Of a DNA stretch of 64,000 nucleotides, positions 13,245-26,932 are shown one piece after another; the first letter of the stretch is position 1; every line of letters starts with the position of its first letter. This stretch comes from Octopus bimaculoides (taxonomy: Eukaryota): NCBI RefSeq assembly GCF_001194135.2, contig NC_068986.1:29793642-29857641 (forward strand), given 5' to 3'. The position numbers and the translations under genes are program-made. The notes beneath the pieces are model-generated. The model saw nothing but the letters and a program-made list of their open reading frames with translations, did not search any database and had not been told where the DNA came from.

Positions 13245-13756
13245 NNNNNNNNNNNNNNNNNNNNNNNNNNNNNNNNNNNNNNNNNNNNNNNNNNNNNNNN
13301 NNNNNNNNNNNNNNNNNNNNNNNNNNNNNNNNNNNNNNNNNNNNNNNNNNNNNNNNNNNNNNNNNNNNNNNNNNNNNNNNNNNNNNNNNNNNNNNNNNNN
13401 NNNNNNNNNNNNNNNNNNNNNNNNNNNNNNNNNNNNNNNNNNNNNNNNNTATATATATATATATGTATATCCTATTATTACTGGCCTAATTTTAGGGAGA
13501 AACATATTGATTTTATTTATTTTATAGTTTCAAGTCTGCTGAATAATTAAATTTGATATTTTATGTATTGTAAAGCATTGTATTGTCGAGTCCCCAAGGA
13601 GTGCCTGTGTTATCATCATAGCAATGCTAAGCAACCTCTCCCCTTAGAGACTATCCAGAAACTCTGGTCTCTTCATTGCTAGCTTTTTCAAAGCTGTAGG
13701 CTATATATTTACTCTTTTCTATTTCTCCCTCTTTCCATTTATTTATTGTCTTAGAT

Positions 13757-14435
13757 CAGTGGTTCTCTCTCAACTGGGGTCTGTATGTCCCCTGAGGGTC
13801 CATATATTTTTGTGATGGTGGGGTTCCACACCACAAAATAGTAAATTGGGGATCCACAGTATTTTCAGGGCTCCTGAAAAAATTTTGCTTTAGATGTATG
13901 TATTGGTATGTATTGCAAGAAATCGGTTTCTTTCTCTGACATTTTACATAGGCGCAGGAGTGGCTGTGTTGTAAGTAGCATGCTTACCAACCACAAGGTT
14001 CGGGGTTCAGTCCCATTGCGTGGCACCTTGGGCAAGTGCCTTCTACTATAACCTCAGGCCAACCAAAGCCTTGTGAGTGGATTTGGTAGACGGAAACTGA
14101 AAGAAGCCTGTCATATATATATATATGTATATATATATATGTGTGTGTGTTTATGTCCCTGTAACTTAGCAGTTTGGCAAAAGAGACCGATAGAATAAGT
14201 ACTAGGCTTACAAAGAATAAGTCCCGGGGTCGATTTGCTCGACTAAAGGTGGTGCTCCAGCATGGCCGCAGTCAAATGACTGAAACAAGTAATAGAGTAA
14301 AGCTCCAGCTACATGAGTTTAATGTGTGAAAAGCAAAATAGGAATTTTGAAAAAAGTTTCTATAAAACTAATTTTTAAACATCAAATGGCTTTGGGGTTC
14401 CACCAGAATAAAATAGTAATCAAAGGGGTCTATAG

Positions 14436-14479
<44 letters not shown>

Positions 14480-14495
14480 TGGTTAAAGACCCCTG
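13757..14495. mobile_element. hAT (Charlie-like) MITE with nested SINE
   Basis: Termini CAGTGGTTCTC... and ...GGTTAAAGACCCCTG; 8-bp TSD TCTTAGAT/TCCTAGAT (13749-13756, 14496-14503). An 8-bp TSD is characteristic of hAT elements. Confidence 0.8.
13951..14300 (+). mobile_element. SINE family A, full length, nested in the hAT MITE
   Basis: GGCGCAGGAGTGGCTGTG head, CCTTGGGCAAGTG motif, internal TA/TG microsatellite and family A tail. Confidence 0.9.
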
Positions 14496-14889
14496 TCCTA
14501 GATGAAATATTTCAACACTTTCTTTAGCTTTGACATAACACTTCATTTGAACTCTTACTTTTGCTAACTATTTTCCCTGTATTTTTTAATGTCTTCTCAT
14601 AAAGCCCATCCCTTTTTATATCTTTTTCTTGGATTTTTTTTTTGTTTTGTTCTTTTCCCTATTAAGTACAGTCATTTAAGAAGCTTTATTTTTACAACAG
14701 TTTAGTTATTTTAGGATGCTATATTCTGTTTCCACTTGATATTTTTTGTGTATTACATTGGGAAATCTCCTCTTAACATCAAGTAGCTCTTCCATAACTT
14801 TTTTTTTTCAGAATTACATGACGCACATATATTATAATAGTTTTTTTTATGTATTTGTAATATTATACATAAATCTTCCCACACACAAT

Positions 14890-15079
<190 letters not shown>

Positions 15080-17250
15080 CTTTCCTCACTTCTTTAAATT
15101 CAAATTGACTTGTATATTGTCAATAAATCCTATATTTAACCAGTTTTAGTGCAAGCATATTTGTGTTAGTAAACCTGCAGAAATGTCTAGTAAATAAAAA
15201 AACCTATAATGTTTGAATGAACTTTTTTCTCTTTGAAGTTTAAACCTTGGGATAATCCTGTGTTTGATCTATAAGGGTGTGGGCATACATAGTAAGCCCA
15301 TAAAATTTTTTTTGGACAACCACTAAGTGACCTGGCAGTGTGCAACTTGGTATATGTGTCTTGCTGTGTGCACAATTTAAAAAAAACACAACAAATTTGC
15401 AGAAACAAATGAACATTGTGGAGTGAAGTGGATGGTTGAATATATGCGTCTGTATGTGTGAGATATACTTGTTAGTTGCTCCTTGAGTCAAATAACATGA
15501 GTATGTTTCTGTGATATAAAACTTATACTTCCCTACCCTCAGCCACTTATTGGCCACTTGACAAATCAGAGAAGAGCATCTTATATATAATAGTCAGTCT
15601 AGTTTGTATTCTTGTGATAGCAGCTCTTGAAAAAATTAAAATTCCTAATGTATATTGTACTTTCCGTTTTGCTGTTTTTGTGTTTTGTTTTTGTTTATTT
15701 CTCCCCTCCCTCTTTCTCTTCTGGTAATCTGTTAAGTAATTTCATTGTATGTGGTATTTTTTTTTTTTTTCCCCGTTTTCCTCCCTCTTAAAATCTGACA
15801 ATCCAAGGCAGTGTGATGAGGGCTATGGTGCTTTTAGTGGAAGTCTTTATTCATCCTGTTTCAAACTGATAACACTTTAATTTACAGATCCTGACAAACT
15901 GAAGTGTTTTGTTTTTAACCAGTTAGAGACTAATTTTTCTAGTCTTTTAAGCATTGTTCAGTATAATTGCTAATGCACCAACTCCCTCCACTACCATCAT
16001 CATCATCATCATTGAATGATATTAATTATATGTCAATTTGGCAAAAAGTCTTTCTCATACTTCTGCAGTTAGCTGATTAATAAAGTGAAGCAACTCTGAG
16101 TGTACCTCTTGCTATTCGAACAGAAAGGGTTTTTGTCTTGTTTCTTTTAAATCAATGAATATGAGCTCATTGGTTACTAGAGACTTAACTGCCATATGAG
16201 AAGTGGGCAAAGCAATCAACAGATGGTGTGGAGTTGATAATAATATAAACTATGATAAACTAGTTATGGATCACTTGGAGATTGTGATTGGTCATGTTTC
16301 TTCATTCGGTATAATGTTAGACTCAGCATCATCATTTATTGTTCATGTTCATTGCTGGCTTGAGTAGGACAGTTTGACAGTTCAACGACTGCACCCTTCT
16401 CTGCTGGCTGCTTTTGCATGCTTTTTTTGCCAACACACTGTACAGTGTGTGCTGGGTGCTTGTTTTCATGGCACCAACACTAGTGAGGTCACCATACAGC
16501 TTGCAAGACTAAGATCCCTTTCAGCTGAGTGGGGCTATGGTAGAAGGGGAGGTGGCTTTATGCTAGATGTAAGCTATATGTATAAAAGAAGGGAGCATTT
16601 GAGTATCCTGTTTGTTCAACCATTTGGGCATTTTACTCATTGAACTAGCAAGTGGCTGAGTACTCCACAGACCCATGCACCCTTAATGTAATTTTCTAGT
16701 AGAATCAGTATGAACACAAGTGCTACAGGGCTGGACTTGAATTAAAAGTACAGTTCATCTAACTAGCTTTTATATAGTTTCTGTCTATCTAAATTCACTG
16801 TCGGGGATTGAACCGATCTGAAGCTATGTTAAACGCCTTTGCTCAAGGTGCCATTGCTAAGATCACTTCCTAGCTGTGTGCTTTTGGTTTCAGCCCCAAA
16901 AAGCACCTTGGGCAAGTGTCTTCTATTATAGCCTTATAAATGGGTTCGGTAGCAACTGAAAGAAACTTGTTACATACACACGTCTGTCTGTCTGCATATC
17001 TACTTGTGTGAGTGAGTTCATATTCCCATCGTCTTTTCGTGGGTTTTCTCGCTGGTTGTAACCAACGGCATCCCTGACAATGTCATTTGTTTTCAGTTCT
17101 TTGTGTAAAACATGTCTAGACAGTTTTGTTCACTGAATTGGGAGATACCATGCTTTGAAAAATGTGGAGGCTGCCAACAGGATGGATATCTGCCCATAGA
17201 AAATGCTGTCCTAATAAGCTTTCATGCAACCCAAGCCATAATGGAAAAGT

Positions 17251-17327
<77 letters not shown>

Positions 17328-17485
17328 TAGAGAAAAATTACATCTTTATTATAGATCTGACCTTATAAAGCCAACAGTTGTTTCTATTGCATTAACATAT
17401 ACAGAAAATATTAAAATTAATATTCCTGAAAAAATGTTACCATGTTATCAAGGCAATCCAAAATTAATAAATAAATATATATATA

Positions 17486-18277
17486 TAGTGTGGTGAATAT
17501 ATTGTCTCCATTACATAAAAATATTTTGGAATACTAAAGAGTAAATTTATTCAATAAAATCACCATTGGCTTCAACCACAGCCTCCAGACGACTTCGGAA
17601 TCTCCTGCAATTCTTCTGGATCGTTTCTTTGTTTAAGTTGGTGAGTGTTGCCATAATCCTTGCCTTCAGTTCATCTTTGGTGCTAAAGGGAGTTTTGTTG
17701 GTCTCTCACTCAACTGTGTGCCACACATAATAATCAAGGGGGTTGCAGTCTGGGGAGTTGAGTGGCCAAATTTAGAGGTGATGTGGTTGCAGAAATTGTT
17801 TGACAGCCATGACTGGGTTCGCCTGCATGTGTGGCATGGTGCAGTCCTGTTGCCAGACATGGGGTTTTCCAGTAGCCGCCGCTCTTGACACGGGACAGCA
17901 CTACCTCCTCCAGGCACTTAATGTAGGCTTTCTCTGTGTTGTGTCTAAGGCCATGTGGGAAGATGAATGGAGGCATAACGTCGCCATCACTAGTGATCAC
18001 ACCGAACACCATGATGCTGACTGAATGTTTGATTTTTATCACTCTCAGTAGATGCCCTCAGATAGACACCCAAACACATGTTCGTATTGGAGTTTCCAGC
18101 AGTACAGTATGTCTTTTCCAAATTTCTGGCAGAGTGAATTGCATCATGGTGCTGTTTTTCTCACAGATGATACCCAACAGGCCCTACTATATTGTGTAGT
18201 CAACAAAATCAAAAAACAAACAATGCGCATGCACAAAATTAAAAACATAAAATGGCAATAATTTACCCATTGCACCC

Positions 18278-18279
<2 letters not shown>
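17486..18279 (-). mobile_element. Internally deleted Tc1/mariner transposon, DD37D (maT) type; transposase pseudogene 18147-17547
   Basis: The minus strand gives MMQFTLPEIWKRH, then a deletion, then IMVFGVITSDGDVMPPFIF...VWQQD, a frameshift, APCHTCRRTQSWLSNNFCNHIT, a frameshift, and WPLNSPDCNPLDYYVW...EAVVEANGDFIE*. After repairing two frameshifts the last two Asp are 37 aa apart. TIR CAGGGTGCAATGGGTAAATT at the right end; degenerate TIR at the left end. Confidence 0.92.
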
Positions 18280-18309
<30 letters not shown>

Positions 18310-19425
18310 CATATATATATAATGTTTCATATGATGATAGCTATTTACCAAACAGTATCACCTTAGATTTTCCAATTAATACATACTCGATCAAGGGGCA
18401 CAAAAACAATAAGAATCTGCACTATTCTAGATAAGCAAACCAAATCAAATAAGGCAGTGACATAAGCAAACATCTCAACAAGAATGAAGCTCATTCAATA
18501 TAACCAGCAGGGCTGGCTCCCCCCCTCCATATGCTATCAATTGGATATCGACATGATATCTTACAATAGCATCACTACTTCAAGTAGGATCGAATGTCAT
18601 TATGATTTCACACACACACACACACACATCACACACACACACACACACACACACATTGTTTGTTGGGTTAACACTAGTTTTCTTTGTATTTGATTACATT
18701 AATAAAGCGTTCTGTGTAGTTATTAACCTTATATTACATATCAAAGTACTATGTGTAATATTTCTGTTATTGCTTATAAAGTGTATCGTTGACTTTGTTT
18801 GACATTTGGTTAGGCTGCAAGACCTTAATCATTTTACTACAGATCGGCACAGCCAATGTTTTCCTTTTTCCTCATTATATTGCTAGGTTAACTTAATTGC
18901 TTCTATACTCCAGGATATTACTGCTACTTAACAGTTACTGACTTGTTTGTGACTCATTTTCCCATACTAGTTTGTCTAAATTTTCAAAATCACATTACCA
19001 CCATTTATGTTCTACTGGCATCGTTTTTACCTAATTCATGTGTTCTTACATATAAGTATGAATAGGAACCTGTTAACAGGTTGTTGAGAAAAGTATGTCC
19101 ATATGAACTATTCATCACCCATCAATAGCTAAAATAAGACTTGAACCATTGACAGTGGTTCACAGTGGTCTAGCTAATTTGCTTTATGTGCATAATTTTA
19201 CTGATTTGTCATTGGACCGTGGCCATGCTGAGGTACCACCTTCATGGAGGGTATAATTGATAATTTGGAACCTTTGTTCTTACTTTACCAATCCTTAGAA
19301 GCACAAATGTCCAAGTTAACCTCCTAGTATATGAACTCAAAACATAAGGCTATAACCAAAAATATATTTTGTCCAAACATCTACTGATAATACTTTCTTT
19401 GCCACACAGACGCACATGTGCGCCT

Positions 19426-19457
<32 letters not shown>

Positions 19458-20131
19458 ACTAAATAGCTACACATCTGTATATACAATTATTCCTCCTCAC
19501 CTTAATGTCTGCACAAACATTGCCTGATGAACAGAAAAGAGGAAACCGAGTCCTGGATTGTTAGATTTCATCTCTAAATATTTCTCACATCTGCGCACAT
19601 TCACTGCAGGCTACACCCTGGCACCTCATCTCCACTAGCCTTTTTCTCTTTCCTGCTTGAGTTCCTATGTACCTCCTCCATAACAAAAACACCTGTTCCT
19701 GGCCTGCTTTTATACTTTCGCCTTTCTAAACCCAGCACAACACCGCCTCCCTCAATACTGCACTCTCACACTGTGAATGGGGCTTGTCTTGCATGATACT
19801 AGGTGGCGCCACCAGTACTAGTGCTACAAACATGAAAAAGAAAAAAAAAGCACCTATTGCACTTTGTAAATAGGTTGACATTAGGATGGCCATTTGGCTT
19901 TGGAAACCTTGCCAAAGCAGACAATGGAGACCAACGTTGCCCTCATGCTAGTTGAATCTTGTCAAACCACTCTAACTCATGCCAGCATGGAAAACGGATG
20001 TCAAAACAATGGTGATGGCATGAAGATGGGTGAGTCCAAAACATGTTCGGCACATTGTTATATCCTCCACTTAATGTTACCAGCTGGTCATTAAAGCTCC
20101 ATCCCAAAGTGGCCACAATAAGCAGTTTCCA

Positions 20132-20169
<38 letters not shown>

Positions 20170-20233
20170 GTATGTATGTATGTATGTATGTATGTATGTA
20201 TGTATGAATATGTATGTATGTATGTATGTATGA

Positions 20234-20266
<33 letters not shown>

Positions 20267-20312
20267 TGTGTACGTATATATATATATGAATGTATATGTA
20301 TATATGTGTGTG

Positions 20313-20347
<35 letters not shown>

Positions 20348-20349
<2 letters not shown>

Positions 20350-20727
20350 TTTATCTTGTTTTAGTCATTAGACTGGCCATGCTGGAGTACCACTTTGAAA
20401 AGTTTTTAGTCAAATAGATCGACCCCCCCNNNNNNNNNNCCCCCCCCCCCGACCTTTCTTTTCCCTTTTTTAAGCCTGCTACTTATTCTATTGGTCTCTT
20501 TTATCGAACCACTAAGTTACAGAAATGTCAAGCAGTGGTTAGGGAGAAAGCCACAGGCACACACACAACAGGTTTCTTTTAGTTTGTCTACCTAATCCAC
20601 TCCCAAGGCTTTGATCAGCCCAAGGCTATAGTAGGAGACACTAGTCCAAGCTTCCACACAATGAAAAACCTAACCCTGGGATCATGTGATTAGGAAACAA
20701 ATTTCTTACAACACAGTCATACCTGCA

Positions 20728-20729
<2 letters not shown>
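20348..20729 (-). mobile_element. SINE family A, diverged, spanning a small gap
   Basis: Reverse complement of the family A tail (GGCCATGCTGGAGTACCAC) and head (CAAGGCTATAGTAGGAGACAC). Confidence 0.7.
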
Positions 20730-20764
<35 letters not shown>

Positions 20765-21046
20765 GATGTTATAATTCTGGAGTGAATGGTATATGACAGT
20801 ACAAGAGATGTGGCACAAAGCCAACAATTATGACGGGTCAATGATTTCATTTTAAATGGCAACATAAAAGTTTTGATGCATTTATATAATGTGTCCACTT
20901 CAATTACAGAGAGCAGATGAACAACCAGAATACAACTTATTACTTAAGGGTTCTGAAATAAGAGTTGTAGTCACTTCTCACATTATAATGTGTTGTAGTC
21001 ATTTATACTCTCTCTCTCTCTCTCTCTCTTATTTATACTCTACATT

Positions 21047-21084
<38 letters not shown>

Positions 21085-21321
21085 CTTGTGTTAATACACA
21101 TCTTTGCACAAGTAGAGCTATACACACACAGAAATTTTTTTTTTGTATCTGTATACATGCACACATGCAAATATGAATGCAGAAGCAAACACATGCATAT
21201 GCAAATACATACACAAGCAAACACACACATACACACGGATGTGCAAATATGTACACAAGCACGCATACAAGTATATGCATAAGTAAATTTAGAGACACAT
21301 GCACATATATATATATATATA

Positions 21322-21377
<56 letters not shown>

Positions 21378-22564
21378 GCTAGCATGGAAAGCGGACGTTA
21401 AACGACGATGATGATGATGAGATATATATATATATATATATATACATACATACATACATACATACAAAAATCAAAGTGTGGTGAATNNNNNNNNNNNNNN
21501 NNNNNNNNNNNNNNNNNNNNNNNNNNNNNNNNNNNNNNNNNNNNNNNNNNNNNNNNNNNNNNNNNNNNNNNNNNNNNNNNNNNNNNNNNNNNNNNNNNNN
21601 NNNNNNNNNNNNNNNNNNNNNNNNNNNNNNNNNNNNNNNNNNNNNNNNNNNNNNNNNNNNNNNNNNNNNNNNNNNNNNNNNNNNNNNNNNNNNNNNNNNN
21701 NNNNNNNNNNNNNNNNNNNNNNNNNNNNNNNNNNNNNNNNNNNNNNNNNNNNNNNNNNNNNNNNNNNNNNNNNNNNNNNNNNNNNNNNNNNNNNNNNNNN
21801 NNNNNNNNNNNNNNNNNNNNNNNNNNNNNNNNNNNNNNNNNNNNNNNNNNNNNNNNNNNNNNNNNNNNNNNNNNNNNNNNNNNNNNNNNNNNNNNNNNNN
21901 NNNNNNNNNNNNNNNNNNNNNNNNNNNNNNNNNNNNNNNNNNNNNNNNNNNNNNNNNNNNNNNNNNNNNNNNNNNNNNNNNNNNNNNNNNNNNNNNNNNN
22001 NNNNNNNNNNNNNNNNNNNNNNNNNNNNNNNNNNNNNNNNNNNNNNNNNNNNNNNNNNNNNNNNNNNNNNNNNNNNNNNNNNNNNNNNNNNNNNNNNNNN
22101 NNNNNNNNNNNNNNNNNNNNNNNNNNNNNNNNNNNNNNNNNNNNNNNNNNNNNNNNNNNNNNNNNNNNNNNNNNNNNNNNNNNNNNNNNNNNNNNNNNNN
22201 NNNNNNNNNNNNNNNNNNNNNNNNNNNNNNNNNNNNNNNNNNNNNNNNNNNNNNNNNNNNNNNNNNNNNNNNNNNNNNNNNNNNNNNNNNNNNNNNNNNN
22301 NNNNNNNNNNNNNNNNNNNNNNNNNNNNNATTTTATTTGTTTTCATTTAGCTAAAATGTTTCTCTCTGCAAATAGTTCTTGCCAATCTTAAATGTTGGTC
22401 GGTTTGGTGTTTTAATATAATTATTTTTAAACACACACACACGCAAAAACTAAATGCATAGAATGTATTTTAATAAAACCTCACCCCCTCCCTTTTTTTT
22501 TTTCTCTCTTTTGCAAATTTTCACATTCGATACCTTGCGAAAATAAAAAATTTTTTTTTTACAT

Positions 22565-22683
22565 ACAAAGTCTGGGTACGTGGAGTAAATAAAATCATAT
22601 CATAAACAATTGAATATAAGAAATAATAGTTTCTTAAAGTATGTGTTAATCCCCATGTACCCAGAATTTGTGGACACCCTGTA
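22565..22683. mobile_element. Small Tc1/mariner-type MITE with truncated left TIR
   Basis: ACAAAGTCTGGGTACGTGGAG at the left is the near reverse complement of CCCCATGTACCCAGAATTTGT at the right, which ends GGACACCCTG|TA. Confidence 0.65.
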
Positions 22684-23098
22684 TACACTTCTTTTGTATA
22701 ACTTTCCTATTTTAAAGTAACTTTAAATACTATGTAACTTAAACAATTTTGATGTGTGTGTGTTTTTGATTATGATAAAATTGTTTTTATTTATAACACT
22801 AAATTATTCATATCATTAAAAAGCAAAATTATTTGTATTTTCAAATTAAGTAGACCTGTAACACATACTTAATAAGTTGTTGCTTGCAGTCTATGATAAG
22901 ATTTGAACTATGGGCCTTGAGCACTGTGGAACCTTTGTAAATTAGTATACAGAAAAGGATGAAAAGCTTTGTGATGGTTTATGGTATCAGAATAAAGGGA
23001 TTATCTGGGTAGGGATTATCTACTGAAATAAGTGAGTTCTTTAGATTTATGTAATTTGTCAGAAATGAAATAAATTATTTATTATCATCATCATCATC

Positions 23099-23290
23099 AA
23101 AGGTAGTGAACTGGCAGAATCACTGGCCTGCCAGACAAAATGCATAGCAACATATCATTCAGCATTATGTTTTGAGTTCAAATTCTGCCAAGGTCAATTT
23201 TGCCTTTTATACTTTCGGGGTCGATAAAATAACATATAATCTAATATCTCCACTCCCCTCAAAATTGCTGGTCTTAATTAGACACCATTA
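23099..23290 (+). mobile_element. SINE family B, diverged
   Basis: GAGTTCAAATTCTGCCAAGGTCAATTTTGCC...TTCGGGGTCGATAAAAT. Other decayed copies at about 25820-25941 (-) and 32083-32270 (+). Confidence 0.7.
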
Positions 23291-24203
23291 TTATTATTAT
23301 TTTGTCAGCTTGGACTTCAAATAGTCATAGGGCAAACCTACATTTCTACACAGGAATAACATGCCAGAAGTCATCATTTAATGTCCATTTTCCATGCTGG
23401 CATGGGTTAGACAGTTTGACTGGAACTGGTGAGCCGGAGAGCTGCTCCAGGTTTCAGTGTAAGAGAATATATCAGTAACATTAAAATCCCACAGTTGAAC
23501 TGCAAATGTTTTATTAGTGAAATAGTGGGTGGGGTGGGGGGACTAAGAATTTTACTAGACTCAGTTGCTTTTTGGTACATTTTTAAATGTTTAAAAGTTT
23601 TTTTTTTTTTTTCTGATGTAACATGTAAAGTTTTTTGACATCAACTTTTGACTGTTTTTTTTTATCTACCTTGTAGCACACATACAATGAATAGATAAAC
23701 TGTTATATTATGTAGTACCAGGCAAAGTAGGTAGATAAAACAATGATAGATGAGATAAAGAGTTCTCAAGTTGGANNNNNNNNNNNNNNNNNNNNNNNNN
23801 NNNNNNNNNNNNNNNNNNNNNNNNNNNNNNNNNNNNNNNNNNNNNNNNNNNNNNNNNNNNNNNNNNNNNNNNNNNNNNNNNNNNNNNNNNNNNNNNNNNN
23901 NNNNNNNNNNNNNNNNNNNNNNNNNNNNNNNNNNNNNNNNNNNNNNNNNNNNNNNNNNNNNNNNNNNNNNNNNNNNNNNNNNNNNNNNNNNNNNNNNNNN
24001 NNNNNNNNNNNNNNNNNNNNNNNNNNNNNNNNNNNNNNNNNNNNNNNNNNNNNNNNNNNNNNNNNNNNNNNNNNNNNNNNNNNNNNNNNNNNNNNNNNNN
24101 NNNNNNNNNNNNNNNNNNNNNNNNNNNNNNNNNNNNNNNNNNNNNNNNNNNNNNNNNNNNNNNNNNNNNNNNNNNNNNNNNNNNNNNNNNNNNNNNNNNN
24201 NNN

Positions 24204-24467
24204 GAAAACACCTAAAGCTCCACGAGGCTCCGGCAGGGGATGGTGGAAAACCCTGCTGTACTCTTTCACCACAACTTTCTCTCACTCTTACTTCCTGTTT
24301 CTGTTGTGCCTGTAATTCAAAGGGTCAGGCTTCTGACACTGTGTCACGCTGAATATCCCTGAGAACTACGTTAAGGGTACACGTGTCTGTGGAGTGCTCA
24401 GCCACTTGCATGTTAATTTCACGAGCAGGCTGTTCCGTTGATCAGATCAACTGGAACCCTCGACGTC
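24204..24467 (+). mobile_element. SINE family C, 3' part (5' part lost in the gap)
   Basis: Near-identical to 46565-46826; ends at CGACGTC. Confidence 0.92.
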
Positions 24468-26273
24468 TTTTTTGACTGCATTGTATAGAATACTTTGTCT
24501 AAGGAGTCATTTTAATGCTTATCACAGTATTTTCAATATATGAAATGTCAGTCTGTATTACGGCTGAAATATTGTTATTAATCATCAATAACTTTGGCTT
24601 TTCTCTGCTTTTTTTGAGTTAAGTCTCAACTAATTTTAACAGCATCCTTTTTCATGTCTATATAGCTTTTACAGGCATGTTTCCTCCTTATACCACTCAC
24701 TCACACCACACACTTGTGATACTTAAGTGGCAAATCTGTATGACACTCCTTGTTGATTTAGTAGTCAAAAATTTGGTCGTTCTTTTATATAAGTGCCTCT
24801 ATAAGATACCAAATGCGGAGTTTTTCAAAAATATAGGCCTGTCTCCTTTTTAAAAATATCCCCCCTCCCCTATATCCCTTTTTGAATTGTAACAAACAAA
24901 TCACTGTTCATTACATTTTCTGTCCACACTGCCCCTTAAGCCACCGTTGAAATTAACTGTTCTTAGAGAAGAAAAGCTTTGACCTATATTGTAAACTGGT
25001 CAGTAACACTTGAAGAGTGAATACACACACTAAATATGGTTGTTATGTATCTGCTTAGTATTTTCGTTACCATTACAACCAGCATTTCTCTACATCCTGT
25101 ATTTGAAGAGTTCCTGCTTTGAGAGAGAGAAACAGAATGAGTAAGCCTCAACAATCCCTTGATGATTGTAACAATTAACCAAAGGTTTTATGCAACCACT
25201 GAACATGTGAGTCAATTGGTTGCGGTTATATTATAGTCTGATAAGTGCTTAGAGCATGAGAAGTATTATTGTCTGGTGGCAGTGGTGGTGGTCGTCATCG
25301 TCGTCATCAGTTGAACTGTTCAAGTAAAAAATTAGTTTTGTTTTGTTTCTTATCTTATTTACTTTTAATTTTTTTTCTGTGAACCATTCCCAGAATTATA
25401 TGGCAATGAAATAAAAACTTTCATTTAGTGGTTGATTAAACTGATATCTTGTGTTCAAGACACCTGATACTAGCTTTGAAAATAATAATCTGCAGCAGCA
25501 GTAGTAAGTAGTCCTTAGAGAAATAAAACAAAAAAGAATTCTTAAGAACTGGTACTTAAGCAAAGTGGATCTTGGTCTAGTATATGGCTTAAGTTTAGTG
25601 GAATGTTCTTGAGGGTGTATTGGTTTGGGGTTCCTGTCATAAAAAAAAAAAAGCTCCTATTAGAAAGTCATTACTGTGTCTTAATTTCTATTGTGTTGTG
25701 CTTCATATCAGGCTATCCTTCTCCATGTCTGAAGAAAAGGATGCTGTTAGCAGTCCCCAGTGATCCTTTTTTAAAACCAGTTCCAAAAGATACAGAAAGA
25801 GAATTCCTGCCAGCCCTTAACTAGTACTTGATCAATGTCAGATGAGCCTCAGTGGGATTTAAGCTCAGGATGCAGATAGATAAAGAATACCACTAGGCAT
25901 TTTATCCAATGCTTTAGCAGCTCTGTCAATTTGTTACCACCCGACTCAAAACTAATCTATGGATTTTACATGTAAAAAACAAGTGTTTGCATACATGCTC
26001 ATACTTTTTTTTCAGACTATTTCTTTTTTACTCTGTCTACCATAGTAGATTCACATTCATGTATGCATGTTCACAATTTTAGGATAAGGCCAGGTTTTGC
26101 TATTTTTCTTATCTTGATATTTGGTAATGTACTCCTAATATAGTGGAATAAGGGCCTAAGAGCTTCTCTCCTGTCTCTCCTATCAAAGAATTTAATCTCA
26201 GAACTTGAAAAGTAAAGAATATAAACTAGACCTGCTCCCAACGATCTATGCCACATCCTGTGCACATGCTCTC

Positions 26274-26347
<74 letters not shown>

Positions 26348-26887
26348 AATAGACAGTTTGTTGACTTATTGTAATCAGTTATTCATCAATGGTTAATAGC
26401 CCTGTTAACTTTAGAAATCCAAAAGGATACTGGGGGTTTTGTCATACATGCCTTTCCCCAAGGGTCATAAGTGTCATGCGACAAACATTCTCTCCTGACC
26501 CCACTTCACCCCATCCATCACATTGTCAAATTCACTTTTTCCTAAGTTGATAATGTCAATCTTTTGGATCTGTCCTGGTCACAGCCTGCTAGCTACAACC
26601 AGCAGAAGATATCTCAGCTGCTCAAAGATTAGTTTTTTGGTTCATTAGAAGCCCTTTTTACATTTATATTTTCACATGCAATAGATAAATTAACAAAAAA
26701 GGTTTGCATTATGGGCTCAAAAGTCTATTTCTTGTTTTAAAATTGATTATTTCTAGTTGGCTAGGAAAAACTTAATTTACACTTTATTCTATTATTTTTG
26801 GCAATTATCTTTAAATCACTTGTAATTTTATATATTGTAGTAGTAGTATTAGTTGATAATAAATCATAAATTTTCTCTCTTTTGCAG

Positions 26888-26932
26888 TACTATGAAATGT
26901 CATATGGTTTGAATGTTGAAATGCATAAACAG
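26888..26932 (+). CDS. gro: Groucho/TLE co-repressor, internal Q-domain exon (YYEMSYGLNVEMHKQ)
   Basis: tttgcag|TACTATGAAATG...CATAAACAG|gtaaat; 45 bp, phase 0/0, preceded by a pyrimidine tract. The peptide is the hallmark Groucho/TLE Q-domain motif. Confidence 0.97.

Noticed and set aside
16433-16450. 18-bp perfect palindrome ACACACTGTACAGTGTGT
   Set aside because: Largely built from CA/TG dinucleotide repeats and expected by chance in this genome.
19520-19560. Second hammerhead-like string CTGATGA...GAAAC
   Set aside because: The intervening sequence cannot form stem II.
20423-20470. Poly-C run around a 10-N gap inside a SINE
   Set aside because: Looks like low-quality read ends or a scaffolding artefact rather than biology.
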